NCBI GenBank assembly: GCA_951406725.2
Contig: OX597816.1
Span: 62,992,001 to 63,056,000, forward strand
Origin: Octopus vulgaris
Taxonomy: Eukaryota
Length of the DNA stretch: 64,000 nucleotides
Direction of reading: 5' to 3'
Numbering within the stretch: the stretch's first letter is position 1; each line of letters opens with the position of its first letter. The notes below the pieces were generated by a model that was given only the letters and a program-made list of their open reading frames with translations, was not told where the DNA came from and did no database searches. A program made the translations under genes and the position numbers. Below are positions 12,889 through 26,115 of the stretch, piece after piece.

Positions 12889-13386
12889 ATATATACATAT
12901 AAATACATATATATATACGAGTTTACCTTTTCCTAGAAGGAAGGCCTTGCGACGTCTAGGGGTCCCTCTCTCCTAGCCGTTAACATGCTAGTTAATCACA
13001 ATCTTTCGATTATGAGTCCAACACCTTAACCTCTAACTCATGCACCTGCACTCGCATACTTGCTCACAAATCATTAACCAACTTGAAGCCGTTTTGGGTG
13101 GGGTTACTTGCCAATATGCCGTACTGTGGAAATCATGCCCGGATCCATATAATTTCGAATAGAATTCCCACTGCATACACATTTTTCATAGTAAAGGATT
13201 GAATTCAGCATGTGAGAAGAAAAGAAAAGACTAAACCGATTTCACACAGTAATCTACTTTAATCTTCCGAGCTAAAAACCTTGAGTAAAGATAAATTGTA
13301 ACTCTTAGGATCGAATAAGAAACTCTTCGGCTTTGGTTTTTCTCTTATATCTTCTCGACTCGGCTACCGTAGCTGCACCTCCTCTA

Positions 13387-13613
13387 CCTATTTCTTTACT
13401 ACCCACAAGGGGCTAAACATAGAGGGGACAAATAAGGACAGACAAACGGATTAAGTCGATTATATTGACCCCAGTGCGTAACTGGTACTTAATTTATCGA
13501 CCCCGAAAGGATGAAAGGCAAAGTCGACCTCGGCTGAATTTGATCTCAGAACGTAACGGCAGACGGTATACGGCTACGCATTTCGTCCGGCGTGCCAACG
13601 TTTCTGCCAGCTC
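13387..13613 (-). mobile_element. SINE A monomer with Tx1-like tail
   Basis: Full head-core-tail homology to 17314-17541. Confidence 0.9.
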
Positions 13614-13636
13614 GTGTGACCTTTTTGAGAATTATA

Positions 13637-14106
13637 GGCGCAGGCATTGATGTGTGGTTGCCTTACAGGCCAAGATCAGTATCAAAATTCTAAGTAGCTG
13701 ATATTGCAACCACTTGGTTTCAAGTTCAATCCCACTGCAAGGTATTTTGGGCAAGTGTCTTCTACTGTATCCCTGAGCCAACCAATGCATTGTAAATCAG
13801 TTCGATGGCAGAAACTGTGGAATCCCTACGCGTGCGCAAGCGTGTGTGAGCACGCGTGCGCAAGCTTGTGTGAGCACGCGCGCACGTGTGCTTTAAGTGT
13901 CCGTTTCCCTTCTCCCCGACCACCGTTTTACAACTGATGTTGGTTTGTCTACGCCCCTGCAACTTAGCGGTTCGATAAAAGAGACTGATAGGATATATAC
14001 TAAACTTTAAAAAATTTACTATGTACCTGGATCGATTTGTTCGACTAAAACCTTCAAGGTAGAGACCGTGCTTGACCGCAGTCCAATGACTGAAACAAGT
14101 AAAAGA
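13637..14106 (+). mobile_element. Diverged SINE B
   Basis: Ends cagtccaatgactgaaacaagtaaaaga. Confidence 0.75.
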
Positions 14107-14124
14107 TATTAGATAAAAGATTAT

Positions 14125-15306
14125 CATTTCAGAGATTTGTTCGGGCCGGGGCGGTGTCCTATGCATAATTTTCTGAAATCTTTGGCCTGGTAGAGTCATC
14201 GGGAGGGTTGCCGGTTCGAGACAAGTTCTACAGGCACGGAAATGCTGTCAGATAAATCTGACCGAGACGTGTGCGGGGTGACAAAACCGTTCTGTATGCA
14301 CTTGTCCAGTGTCCGGGCACTGCTCACTTGTGGACCATTGTCGAACGGCTACTGATGTATGTAAGGCGGATCCGGAATTAGCCAAGTCCATCCTGAAGAT
14401 CGTCCCGCCGCCTTTTTTGGCCGCTAAGGGAAGGCAATTTACTTATGTCAGGAGGTTATGGCGAAAGAAATAGTGTGGTAAACGAGGTTGAAAGAACTGA
14501 ACAATGATACTTTCCTTCTTGGCTAAGCCCTCATCGACTTTTTCAAGTTCCACTTGAAAAGGGAAGTGAGGGTGGAGAGAGAAGCACTGTCTCCAGTTTT
14601 TGGTTATTTTTTTTTAAGGGTGGGTGAATTTGGCGAGGATGGCCCGTATGAATGGGCTTACTCTGATCATACGCTTGTAAACCAGAGGAGTCGAGAATGA
14701 GAGAGGCACCTGCTGAGGTACCCCTGGCGGTCGAGGTAACCATGATGTGTGGGGTTCCTAAGTTGTGCCTCAGAAGAACTCCCTACTTATGCAGAATGTT
14801 ATTGTTGAATTTTTGCTGTTAATTATTCTTGTTTCCTTTTTTCTTTTATACATGAATTTTTGTGCTAAGACCCACTTGTCCTTTATGTTGTGTTGCATTG
14901 TCCCCTTTTGAGCTGGCAGAATCGGTAGTACGCCGGACGAAATTCTTTGCGTTCTGAGTTCAAATTCCGCCGAGGTCCACTTTGCCTTTCATCCTTTCGG
15001 GGTCGATTAAATAAGCACCAGTTACGCACTGGGGTCGATACAATCGACTTAATCCCTTTGTTCTTGTTTGTCCACTCTATGTTTAACCCCTTGTGGGTAG
15101 TAAAGAAATAGGTATTTCATCTGCCGCTACGTTCTGAGTTCAAATTCCGCCGAGGTTGACTTTTCTTTTCATCCTTTCAGGGTCGATGAAATAAGTACCA
15201 GTTGAGTACTGGGATCGATGTAATCGACTATCCTCCTCTCCCAAATTTCAGGCCTTGTGCCTATAATAGAAAGGATTTTGTGCTCGACCCTTGTGGCCAA
15301 TAAAGG
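14125..15306 (+). mobile_element. Second Tx1/L1-clade LINE 3' fragment, its tail split by a SINE A dimer
   Basis: FGPGRCPMHNFLKSLAW..LPVRDKFYRHG..KTVLYALVQCP matches the 965-1833 copy. Tail ttgtcccc-ttttg/tgctcgacccttgtggccaataaag resumes at 15281; possible TSD aaagattat at 14116 and 15307. Confidence 0.8.
14911..15275 (+). mobile_element. SINE A dimer
   Basis: Unit 1 ends in the Tx1-like tail, unit 2 in ggccttgtgcctataatagaaagga; flanking ttttg duplication. Confidence 0.9.
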
Positions 15307-15810
15307 AAAGATTATTCCACAGATATCCTTTAAAGCTACCAACATAACCACCCGAGCAATTGACAGGAACTCACACACCTGCCGATCAGCTACCACTTAC
15401 ATTCGACCGTTTGGACTGATATTACATTCTCACTCTTAGACACCGCATAAAGTTCATTCCATGTGTGTATGTGTGTAAATGAACATGCATGTGTACATGA
15501 ACATGCATGTGTACATGAACATGTGTGTAAGAGTATATCTGTGTTGCGTGTGAGTCTGTGTAGATGTGTTGCTTTATGAGGATGTAATAACTAGTGGTGA
15601 TGTGCAAGTTCGCGAATATGTAGTCGATAACCTAATAAAGGGCCTTAATAAAAGATATCTTGTTTAAAGGGACATAATAAAGACATCATTAACATCATTC
15701 AAATGTTTTGCTGTTATCATCTTCCGGCGGTTTCCACAACAGGTTTTTGTTAAGTAAACAAAAAGGATATCAAATATTAAAAATACATCAAAAGGCCCTC
15801 GCTAAAGTGC

Positions 15811-15842
<32 letters not shown>

Positions 15843-15846
15843 ATGT

Positions 15847-15923
<77 letters not shown>

Positions 15924-16013
15924 TATAGATACAGGTATACATACATACGTATATAGTGTACGTGCATGAGTATGAGGTTAGGAATCTATAGATGTGTGTA
16001 TGTATGTGTACAT

Positions 16014-16057
<44 letters not shown>

Positions 16058-16234
16058 GTATATGTGTGTGTATATATGTACATTTGTCTCACTTCCTCTC
16101 TCTCTCTCCAAATGTACATATATACATACACACACACACACATACATATATATATATACATACATATGCATGCAAATACGTGCTTGTAGAGGTACAGATA
16201 CGTGCATACAAAATCCAAACACATGAATACATAT

Positions 16235-16470
16235 ATATATACACATATATGTGTGTGTGTACATATACATACATATATACATATATGTGTGTGTGTACAT
16301 ATATATACATATATACATATATGTGTGTGTACATATCTAAACATATATGTGTGTGTACATATATATACATATATACATATATGTGTGTGTACATATATAT
16401 ACGTATATACATATATGTGTGTGTACATATATATACATATATGTGTGTGTACATATATATACATATAAAC
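16235..16470. repeat. About 26-32 bp minisatellite built from TA/TG/CA microsatellites
   Basis: Unit atatacatatatgtgtgtgtacatat recurs about 7 times. Confidence 0.85.
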
Positions 16471-16620
16471 ATATGTGTATGTGTACTTATATATATATAT
16501 GTATGTGTGTGCGTATATATATATACATATATGTGCGTATAGGTTTGTGTGTTTTCATATATAAGACATACATGCATCTACGTGCATTTATATGTATAAA
16601 CAAGATGTGTGTGTGTTGTT

Positions 16621-16667
<47 letters not shown>

Positions 16668-16794
16668 ACTCACGCACATTATAGTTTCATTTCTTTAATT
16701 TATATGCTGATTTGAAAGTTCCAATCTTGTTGTTGTTTTTATTTTATTGTTATTGTTGTTGCCATTATTATTATTCATATTATTATTATTATTA

Positions 16795-16865
<71 letters not shown>

Positions 16866-17313
16866 TTGTTTTGTTTTAAGTTTACCTTTTTTTTTCTCCT
16901 TCTTCTCTGCAAGTATATTGGATTGATGAAGGTTTCTACTGATAACTTTAAGCTTTCAGTGACAATTCGCCTTTATTAATTACCGCTTGACGGATTCTTA
17001 TTTCACTTTCTTAATTACAGTTGACAGCTTGCAAGGGTAAAACTAGGAATAATCATGACGTTTTAATGAGATTCCTGGTTCTATTGGAAAGTCTTCGCGG
17101 CAGGGTGCCAAACCACAGACATTAAAATGTGAAATATGTAACCATGCAAAATGGACAGTTGGTTTCTTGGTTAGTGAAGGGAGAAAATAGTATTTTTTAA
17201 AAATAATAAAGTAATGGAAAGAATATACAGCGAAAAATACGAAAAATAGTGCACAAAATCTCGTAAATATTTAGTTCATACAAAATGACGGTTAACGTGT
17301 AAGCAACAAAAGA

Positions 17314-17740
17314 TGGCGAGCTGGCCGGAACGTTTGCATACGGGCGAAATGCTTAGCCGTATTTCGTCTGCCGTTACGTTCTGAGTTCAAATTCCGCCGA
17401 GGTCGACTTAGCCTTTCATCCTTTCGGGGTCGATAAATTAAGTACCAGTTACCCACTGGGGTCGATGTAATCGACTTAATTCGTTTGTCTGTCCTTGTTT
17501 GTCCCCTCTGTGTTTAGCCCCTTGTGGACAATAAAGAAATAGGAAACGTTAGCGCGGCGGATAAAAATGCTTTGTGGTAGTTCTTCTAGCTCTTTATATA
17601 CTGAGTTCAATTTCCACCGAGGTCGAGGTTTGTCTTTCGTTCTTTCAGAGGTCAACATCATAAAGTACCAATCAAGTACTAGGGTCGATGTAATCAATTT
17701 CCCATCTCCATAAAACCACTTGTCTAGTACCAAATTTAGA
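17314..17740 (+). mobile_element. SINE A dimer
   Basis: Junction aataaagaaata/ggaaacgttagc at 17541. Confidence 0.88.
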
Positions 17741-17769
17741 ATGAAGTGTATGACAACAACAAAAAAGCT

Positions 17770-18172
17770 AGCGCAGAAGTGGATGTGTGGTAAGTAGCTT
17801 GCTTACCAACCACATGGTCCCGGGTTCAGTCTCACTGCGTGGCACCTTGGGCAAGTGTCTTCTAAATTAGCCTAGGGCCGACCAAAGCCTCGTGAGTGGA
17901 TTTGGTAGACGGAAACTGAAAGATGCCAGTCGTATATATGTATGTATATATATGAGTGTGTGTTTGTGTATCTGTGTTTGTCCCCCCAACATCGCTTGAC
18001 AACCGATGCTGGTGTGTTTACGTCCCCGTAACTTCGCGGTTTGGCAAAAGATACCGATAGAATAAGTACTAGGCTTACAAGGAATAAGTCCTGGGGTCGA
18101 TTTGCTCGACTAAAGGTGGTGCTCCAGCATGGCCGCAGTCAAATGACTGAAACAAGTAAAAGTGTAAAAGAG
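17770..18172 (+). mobile_element. SINE B, full length
   Basis: Homology to other B copies. Confidence 0.9.
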
Positions 18173-18184
18173 AAAGAGTTAAGA

Positions 18185-18840
18185 GAACCTGATGAAATTA
18201 CCTTGCTGCATTTCTTCTGGCTCTTTACTTCTGAGTTCAAATTCTGCAGAGGTCGCCTTTGCCTTTTTACCTTTCAAGGTCGATAAGACAAACATATAAA
18301 GTACCAGTTATGTACTGGGTTGATGTAATCGACTTAATCCGTGTGTCTGTCCTTGTTTGACCCTTCTGTGTTTAGCCCCTTGTGGGCAATAAAGAAATAT
18401 ATATACATCAAGGGAAGGCGGCGAACCGGCATAATCGTTAGCATGCCAGGCAATATGCTTAGCTGCATTTCGTCAGGTCTTTACGTTCTGAGCTCAAATT
18501 CAGCCGAAGTCGACTTTACCTTTCATTGCAAAAATAAGCATCAGTTGAGCACTAAGGTCAATGTAATCGACTAGCCCCCTCCCACAAAATTTCAGGCCTT
18601 GTGCCGATAACAGAAAGGATTATGTACATTAAAACGGCAAGCTGGTAGAAACGTTAACGCGTTCAGATAAAACGCTTCGTAGGATTTTCAAATTCCGGCC
18701 AAATTGACCTTGTCTTTCATTCTTTAGAGACCGATAAATTAAGTCCCACTCATTTTATGCTGGTATCTGTAAAATCAACTTGCCCTCCCACACACACACA
18801 CACTCTCAAAATTGTTAGCCTGAGTCAAAATTAGAAAGAA
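18185..18840 (+). mobile_element. Cluster of three diverged SINE A units
   Basis: Repeated ttcaaattc...gtcgac...aagtacc...tcgact core. Confidence 0.75.
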
Positions 18841-20086
18841 TTGTATATATCATTATCAGACGGAACCGGCTCTATTTGGCTTTATCAATCTCTTACTTTT
18901 AAACTTAACCCAATCATAGAATGATGTAAAGCACTTTCGTTGTATTTGTCACTCAGATCCATATCATCTCGAACTTCTATCATCAAACTTATTATACTTG
19001 TGTTACCCACTTCACAAGCATCATTGGGTAAGTTTCATCATCTAAATTTGATTAAGTTTATCTGGACTTTACCTAAACTTCTGGTCAGAATGTAAGATTT
19101 CCCAAACCACACCTTTTGCACAAGACAACCCAACGGAGACTGAAACTGTTCAGATACTCTGCTTCTCAATGTGAAAAATCATTTCTTCTTGGTTCTGGTC
19201 CTCGCTCTCATTGCCCCTTTCATATCTTCACATGACCCCACGCAGATCTAAAGATCATTGCTACTCTATTCAGGTGTCTGCCAGGACGCCCTGGCATCGA
19301 TCACCTTCGGGTGGTGCTTTTTGCATGCCTCACCTTTAGATATTCCACTACTCTAGAACTGGGAGAAATTTAGAAACCAAAGAAAACTTTACACACCTTT
19401 GATGTTTTCTTTGAAAAGATATGTTTGCTATACGAAATTTCAGTTATTTGCTGCAGAATTTTCATTTTTACTTTATATTTGGATACTTTGGCCATAAACG
19501 TTCCTAGTCATGAAAAAAAAAAGAGGATGGAGCATATTTCAATTCAGAGGAGTCTTGTGGGGGAAGTGGATGCTGTGACATGCAGAACAGTAATGTAAAA
19601 TTTACCTCTTTAAAGTGCTTTGTTGCCTGTATCAATTTAAAAACCCGTTTTCAACTGCTGTTGTACGACGCTTATAGAATATCGATAATTTAAGACTACC
19701 ATTTAAACCATGTTACAACACCTCCTGTTTTCTCCGTGTAGCTGAAGGTGTCATAACTACGCTCCGTATTTCTTTTCTTGCATGATAAGGGATTTTTTGA
19801 TGCTAAAATATCGAAATATGATGTAGAAGTGTGAACCATTGTTTTTTATATTTTGCTTTCAATGTTAGATTTTTAACTTGAATTGTTGTGGCTTTCTTAT
19901 TTCCCTGCAACACTGTTTTACACATAATGCATTACAGCATTGTAAAGATGAAAGTTAAAGATGACCTCCTCGGCATCTAAACCCAGAGCATACAGCGAAG
20001 TAACAAAAACTGCAACGCAATTTGTCCTATGCGCTAACAACTCTGCTCATCAACTACCTCTCATAGTTTATATAACCATTATCAAT

Positions 20087-20292
20087 GGATCCGCGTTTCT
20101 CAGTGGGTAGGGTATCCAGCCCATGATCCTAAGGTTGGGATTTCGATTCCAAGCTGCGCGTTCTGCCCTTGAACAAGACATATTTTTCATGTGCCTGCAG
20201 TCTACTCATCTGGCAAAAATGTGTTCTACTTGTATATTAAAGGTTAGCCTTCTGTGTCACGCTGAATCTCCCTGAGAACTACGTTAAGGGTC
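20087..20292 (+). mobile_element. Diverged SINE D head with the X tail
   Basis: tgtgtcacgctgaatctccctgagaactacgttaagggt is shared with the C copy at 21023-61. Confidence 0.7.
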
Positions 20293-20360
20293 CCAGTGAA
20301 CCATTATTTAGTATGAATCAACACTTTACGAGATTTTTGTGCAATATTTTTCATGTTTTT

Positions 20361-20701
20361 ATTACCTCTGCCTTAGCAAAGGTGGAGGTATTGTTTTCAG
20401 TCGTGTTTGTTTGTCTGTCCGTGGACAAGATATCTCAAGAACCGCCGGATGGATTCGGATGAAACTTTCAGGGATGTTTGACCTCGTAACTGGCACGAAC
20501 TGATTTGATTTTGGAATCGATCTGGTACCGGACAAGGATTCTGGATTATTTTCCCTGTTTTTTTTACTTAATGTTTGAGAGCGGTCGGGTTAATTTTTAG
20601 TATTCTCGGATATTCTCATTTTAAAAATCATCTCTGGCTAATCGTTGAGAGGACGTTGGTGTTGCCTTGGCAGAGGTTTGTGCTCTCTGAGTGCTCTTGT
20701 T
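20361..20701 (+). mobile_element. Helentron-associated non-autonomous element (HINE/DINE-1-like)
   Basis: Subterminal inverted repeat ACCTCTGCC..GGCAGAGGT, 5' fold-back partner ggtggaggt, GTTT/GTCT tract, 3' hairpin gtgctc tct gagtgc, TT flanks; partial copy at 60838-60915. Confidence 0.75.
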
Positions 20702-20789
20702 ATACATTACTATGATATTTACACAAACTACATAACACACGTATTCACTCTTACACTGGCTTATACAAACGTAATACTTCTCCATGCGT

Positions 20790-21171
20790 GGAGGCGCAAT
20801 GGCCCAGTGGTTAAGGCAGCGGACTCGCGGTCATAGGATCGCGGTTTCGATTCCCAGACCGGGCGTTGTGAGTGTTTATTGAGCGAAAACACCTAAAGCT
20901 CCACGAGGCTCCGGCAGGGGATGGTAGTGATCCCTGCTGTACTCTTTCACCACAACTTTCTCTCACTCTTACTTCCTGTTTCTGTTGTACCTGTATTTCA
21001 AAGGGCCGGCCTTGTCACTCTCTGTGTCATGCTGAATATCCCCGAGAACTACGTTAAGGGTACACGTGTCTGTGGAGTGCTCAGCCACTTACACGTTAAT
21101 TTCACGAGCAGGCTGTTCCGTTGATTCGGATCAACCGGAACCCTCATCGTCGTAACCGACGGAGTGCTTCC
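20790..21171 (+). mobile_element. SINE family C, full length, X tail
   Basis: A box TGGCCCAGTGG and B box GGTTTCGATTCCC. Confidence 0.9.
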
Positions 21172-21473
21172 CAGTACAACTTCATCGCTGCTTTTCTTTT
21201 TCTTTTATTTCTCGCTCACATCAACTATTTCTCTATTTCACTTAATCCATGCAATATTTTTTTTTACAGATGAAATACTAACTGACGAAAAACTAATTGA
21301 TGAAATACTAACATCAGAAACGTTAAGACACTTTGTCGTTCGATTAAGCTAACGCAATATTCGTTTTGTGAAACTTTATCTCTCCCGTATTGTCCTTTTT
21401 TTATTGTTCGCTGTATTTGCATAAACCCATTATTGTGAGGATATATATGTGTTTGTGCGTGCGCGTGTGCGAG

Positions 21474-21509
<36 letters not shown>

Positions 21510-21512
<3 letters not shown>

Positions 21513-23043
21513 CCTTGGCCAAAAGTATTAGACCACACCCAATGTTTTGGGGTTCTGCTATATCAATGTTAATGAAACTCGTGCGCATGGTAGATTATGG
21601 TATAGTTCACAATATACATCAGTTTTAATATCTGGATGACCCTTCTTTAGCATCAGTTACCGCTTTTATATAGTTAAGCATTGAATCAGCTAGTTTCTTG
21701 TAGGTGCTAGGCGCAATTTTACTCCATTCTCCTTTCAACATTTGATACAAATGCTCTTTATTGTTAATTGTTGTTTTTCTTATAGCTTCACCAAGAGTTT
21801 CCCATAGGTGTTCGATCGGATTTAGATCGGGATTTTAAGCTGGCTAGTCCATGGGAACAATACCCTGTGTCTCAAACCATTGACGATTATTCTTTGCTGT
21901 ATGACATGGAGCGTTGTCTTGTTGAAAGATAACAGTTTTTTTGACACCCTTGGATGCAATTTAACAATTGATGGCTCTAAAACAAACGATAACATAGAAA
22001 CATAGGTAGCTGAATTCTTCCTTGCCTGACATAAAAATACTTCTTCGGGTCCTGTGGCAGACATACAGGACAACACCATGATAGAACCATCTCCATGTTA
22101 TACGGTTGTTACCAGCCTTAAATGCTTCCCCAACTCTGCGATGCACGAAAGTTGCACCAGATGTACTGAAAATCTGGGTAAAAACATGAAAAATAATATT
22201 GGCTTTATGTTGGATACATTTGTATATATTTTGGGCAACAAACCAGTTACATTAAGTTTATATGTTGATTGAATACATATACTATCTTACCTCATAGTTA
22301 CTTTCATCGGACCATATGACTTTCGACCATTGCTCACTGGTCTAATTTTGAGTGCTTTTGGCCCACTGAAGACGTTTTTCCATATTTACTTCAGAAACCC
22401 ATGGCTTCTTCCTGGCTTTACAGCCTTTCAGACCGTACTCTACCAGACTTCTTCTAATAGTTCTAGTTGTTAGCTGTGAAGTTCTTGCCTAGCTGAGGTC
22501 CGCACAGAGCTCCGACAATGTTTTTCTCCTGTTTCTGAGCGGCTGATGTATGATGGATCTGTCATCACGAGGTGATGTAACCTTTTTTCTACCGGTTCTT
22601 TGTATATTCTTCACATCTTTTGTCTCTCTGAAATACTTGAGAGTCGTTTGCACCGCACATGGAGAACATTTCATCTTCTGAGCATTTGCCTTTGAGACAT
22701 TCCATCTTCATGATACTCTACGATTTGACCACGCTCACACTCACTCAATTCCCTTGTTTTAGGCATTTTACTGTTTATTAACTGTATCTACAACGTATCT
22801 TAGCATAAAACTCTGAAATAATCAAGGAAACAAGTTAATTTTGGACGTTGGTCTTAATCATAATTGGTTGCATGTGTACAGTACAGTATAAAAGTAGTAA
22901 TTGATGCTTAAGGAGGGTCAACCGATATTAAGATGAATGTATATTGTGAAATATACCATAATCTACCATGCACACGAGTTTCATTAACATTGAGATAGCA
23001 GAACCCCAAAACATTAAAATGGCCTAATTCTCTTGGCCAAGGT

Positions 23044-23045
<2 letters not shown>
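21510..23045 (-). mobile_element. Full-length Tc1-family transposon with about 145-bp TIRs, in (TA)n
   Basis: TIRs at 21510-21655 and 22902-23045 (CAGCCTTGGCCAA / TTGGCCAAGGTTG); TA flanks. Confidence 0.93.
21626..22766 (-). pseudogene. Tc1 DDE transposase pseudogene with one intron (22174-22290)
   Basis: MPKTRELSECERGQIV..., WSKVIWSDESNYE, FQQDNAPCH, PDLNPIEHLWETL; frameshifted. Confidence 0.9.
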
Positions 23046-23136
<91 letters not shown>

Positions 23137-23401
23137 ATATATATATATACTCTCACACCCACGCACATACCATCACAACTTGCACGCACTTCGCCCCTCC
23201 ATCCACCCTACAACTTCATATCTTCAGACATCGCACACTTATTCGCACACATAAACAAATAAGGACACACAAACATACACACACAGATACATACATAATA
23301 CATACATACACAAACACACACACACGCACACACATATATATATACGCGAACATTCACTTATTTTTGTAGTTTATGTGCACACATGACAAACACATATAAT
23401 A

Positions 23402-23432
<31 letters not shown>

Positions 23433-24114
23433 ATGAATATACTGTATACTGCTCTATAACTATATATGTAGGCGTTAGTGATATGTAAGTGTTCGCAATC
23501 GACAAAGTTTATGAGATAGACTTAACTGCATGCGTTTATATATATACAAACATATATACATACATCCACACACACACACACACACACATACACACGCACA
23601 TATATATATATAATTTACAATTTAAAAATCATATATCCGTTTTGTAGATAATGTTTGCTATAATCCTGACATAGTGTTAATGGAAAGGTTCACTGGAATG
23701 GTTTCATGCCACCTTGTCCAAGTAGTTATGAAGCCTGATAATTTAAGAGAGCGGATAATGGGAGTTGTGCCTTTTCCAATGCTATTAATGGAATAAATGA
23801 TAGTGAAGCACTAACAAAAGAAGGTCAAACCAATATCGACAATTTGCTTCGTAGTGAGTTTGGATTTCTTTTTTTTTCGTTTTTTTTTTTTGTTTTTTTG
23901 CTATGGCGTTTGTCTAGTGAGATGTCTGTCTGACTGCATGTATGTATAAGTAAAATAAAAAGCGAAATAAGTAAATATGTTGTGTATCTGAAAAACACAG
24001 CAGCCATTGTAATTGCCAAATTATTTCAGATACTTTGCGGTAGAGATCGTTCTTCGTTTTCTTCTAGAGTCAAAATATAGTTTCCATGTCTCCGAGACTA
24101 TTTTGGCAATTAGA

Positions 24115-24285
24115 TGAGCTGGCAGAATCATTAGCACACTGGGCGAAATGCTTATCAGTTATTTCGTTCGTCCTTACATTCCGAGTTTAAATTCCACCGA
24201 GATTGGCTTTGCCTTTCATTCTTTCCGGTTCGATAAGATAAATACCAGTTGAGCACTGGGGTCGATGTAATTGACTTAACTACTC
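24115..24285 (+). mobile_element. SINE A fragment
   Basis: Head and core homology. Confidence 0.75.
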
Positions 24286-25336
24286 CTGGGTAAGAGTATA
24301 AATAAACTGCATCCCTCTGACAAGCCATATCGAGCCAGTGTAGCAGAGTGGGCTCATCAAATCAGTATGATCTCAAGCTCAAATTCACGACCTCAACATC
24401 AGACTGTGGATGGTGAAGAGCATAGGCTGAGTCCTTTGTCCTACGGTGGACTGAATATAGAAAATCCAGTGTAATGTGAGTGTGTATGTTTGTGCATGTG
24501 TGTGCTTGTGTGTGTGTTTATGTACGTGAGTGAGTGTCTGAGTGTGTAAGTGAGTATGTGTGTTAGTGAGTGAGTGTAGTAGGATTTGGTAGCTCAGCGG
24601 ACAAAATGCTAAGCAGTATTTCTTCCGACCTTGTCTTTCTTTGACTTCGTCTATTATCTTTTCCGGTTCGATGAAATAAACATCAATCGAACACTGAACT
24701 CGTTGTTATCGACTCTTCTCCTGCCACTAGATGTCATTCCTCATGCCTAGGGAACGAGCTATTCGAATCATTAGCACCAGAGACAAAATTCTGAGCCGCA
24801 TCTCATCAGGCTACTTACCTTCTGCATTCAAATTCCATCGTGGTCGACTTTGCCTTTCATACTTGCAGGATCGCAAAATTAAGTAGCAGTCAAGCACTGG
24901 TGTTACTATAATAATTCTTTCTCTGAAAAAGGAGCTAGTTTCTAACAAAGATAAAAACACTATCACTGAAATGTAAACAACGAAAACAATGTCACATTTT
25001 AAACATGAGAAAAGTTTTGCATATATTTACCGTTCCACTTACAGATTGAATATTCAATGTGCGAGTTAGTTGGTTGATTTCTTTTTCAAAAAACCCTATC
25101 TTATTCCGATTTTCGTTTCAATATTTACTCACAAAACCCAAGTGTGTGTGTCTATTCATATTATAATCTCAGATGGAGAATTTTTTAATGTCTTACACAT
25201 CTTCACTGTGCCACTAATAGATTGGATTTGGAGAATTCGCGCCAGTTTCATTTGCACATTCTCCGTCAAACCGAGTATTTCTAGTTTCTTTGTACGAACA
25301 TGTATGTATGTATGCATGTATGTATGCATGTATGTA

Positions 25337-25392
<56 letters not shown>

Positions 25393-25547
25393 CATACATA
25401 CATACATACATACATACATACATACATACATACATGCATGCATACATGCATGCATGCATGCATGCATGCATGCATACATACATACACACATACATACATA
25501 CATACATACATACATACATACATACATACATACATACATACATACAA

Positions 25548-25742
25548 GATAGATCGGTAGCTACTACACATTCATTATTTTTCTCTCCTTGTTTCGTTCT
25601 GTGTTCCTTTCTGTGGAAGAGCGAAGGCTCGAAATGTTAAAGACTTTTTCACTTCCCGAGCGTTATACTAATACATCCATTTGTTGTCTACACCACCTGG
25701 CTTCGTCTTTTGTTTGTTTGTTTTTTATGAAGTCGCCCCCAG
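25548..25742 (+). mobile_element. Microsatellite-embedded short element with hammerhead-like motif (25607-25642)
   Basis: cttt-CTGTGGA-a-gagc gaag gctc-GAAA-tg-TT-aaag; homologous to 9208-9395(-). Confidence 0.7.
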
Positions 25743-26062
25743 TATATATACATATATGTATATATGTATGTATGTATGTATGCATGCATGTATGTATGTA
25801 TGTATGTATGTATGTATGTATTATGTGGAATATATGCATGTATGTACGCTATCTATGATCACTGTTTCCAGGTTCGCCAATGCTAGCCCGCCGGCCTGTT
25901 ACAATCTTAGAATCGACTAACACTTTTTCTAATTACGATAATATATATTAATTTTACCCTTCATGCAGTATTGAATCCTTCATTCATTACGTATTTTATA
26001 CTTCTTAAAGAAGATATTTCGTATGCATGCATGCATACATACATACATATGCATATATTTAT

Positions 26063-26115
<53 letters not shown>

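Noticed and set aside
20790-20865. tRNA gene
   Set aside because: A and B boxes are present but there is no proper cloverleaf, and it continues into a multi-copy SINE body.
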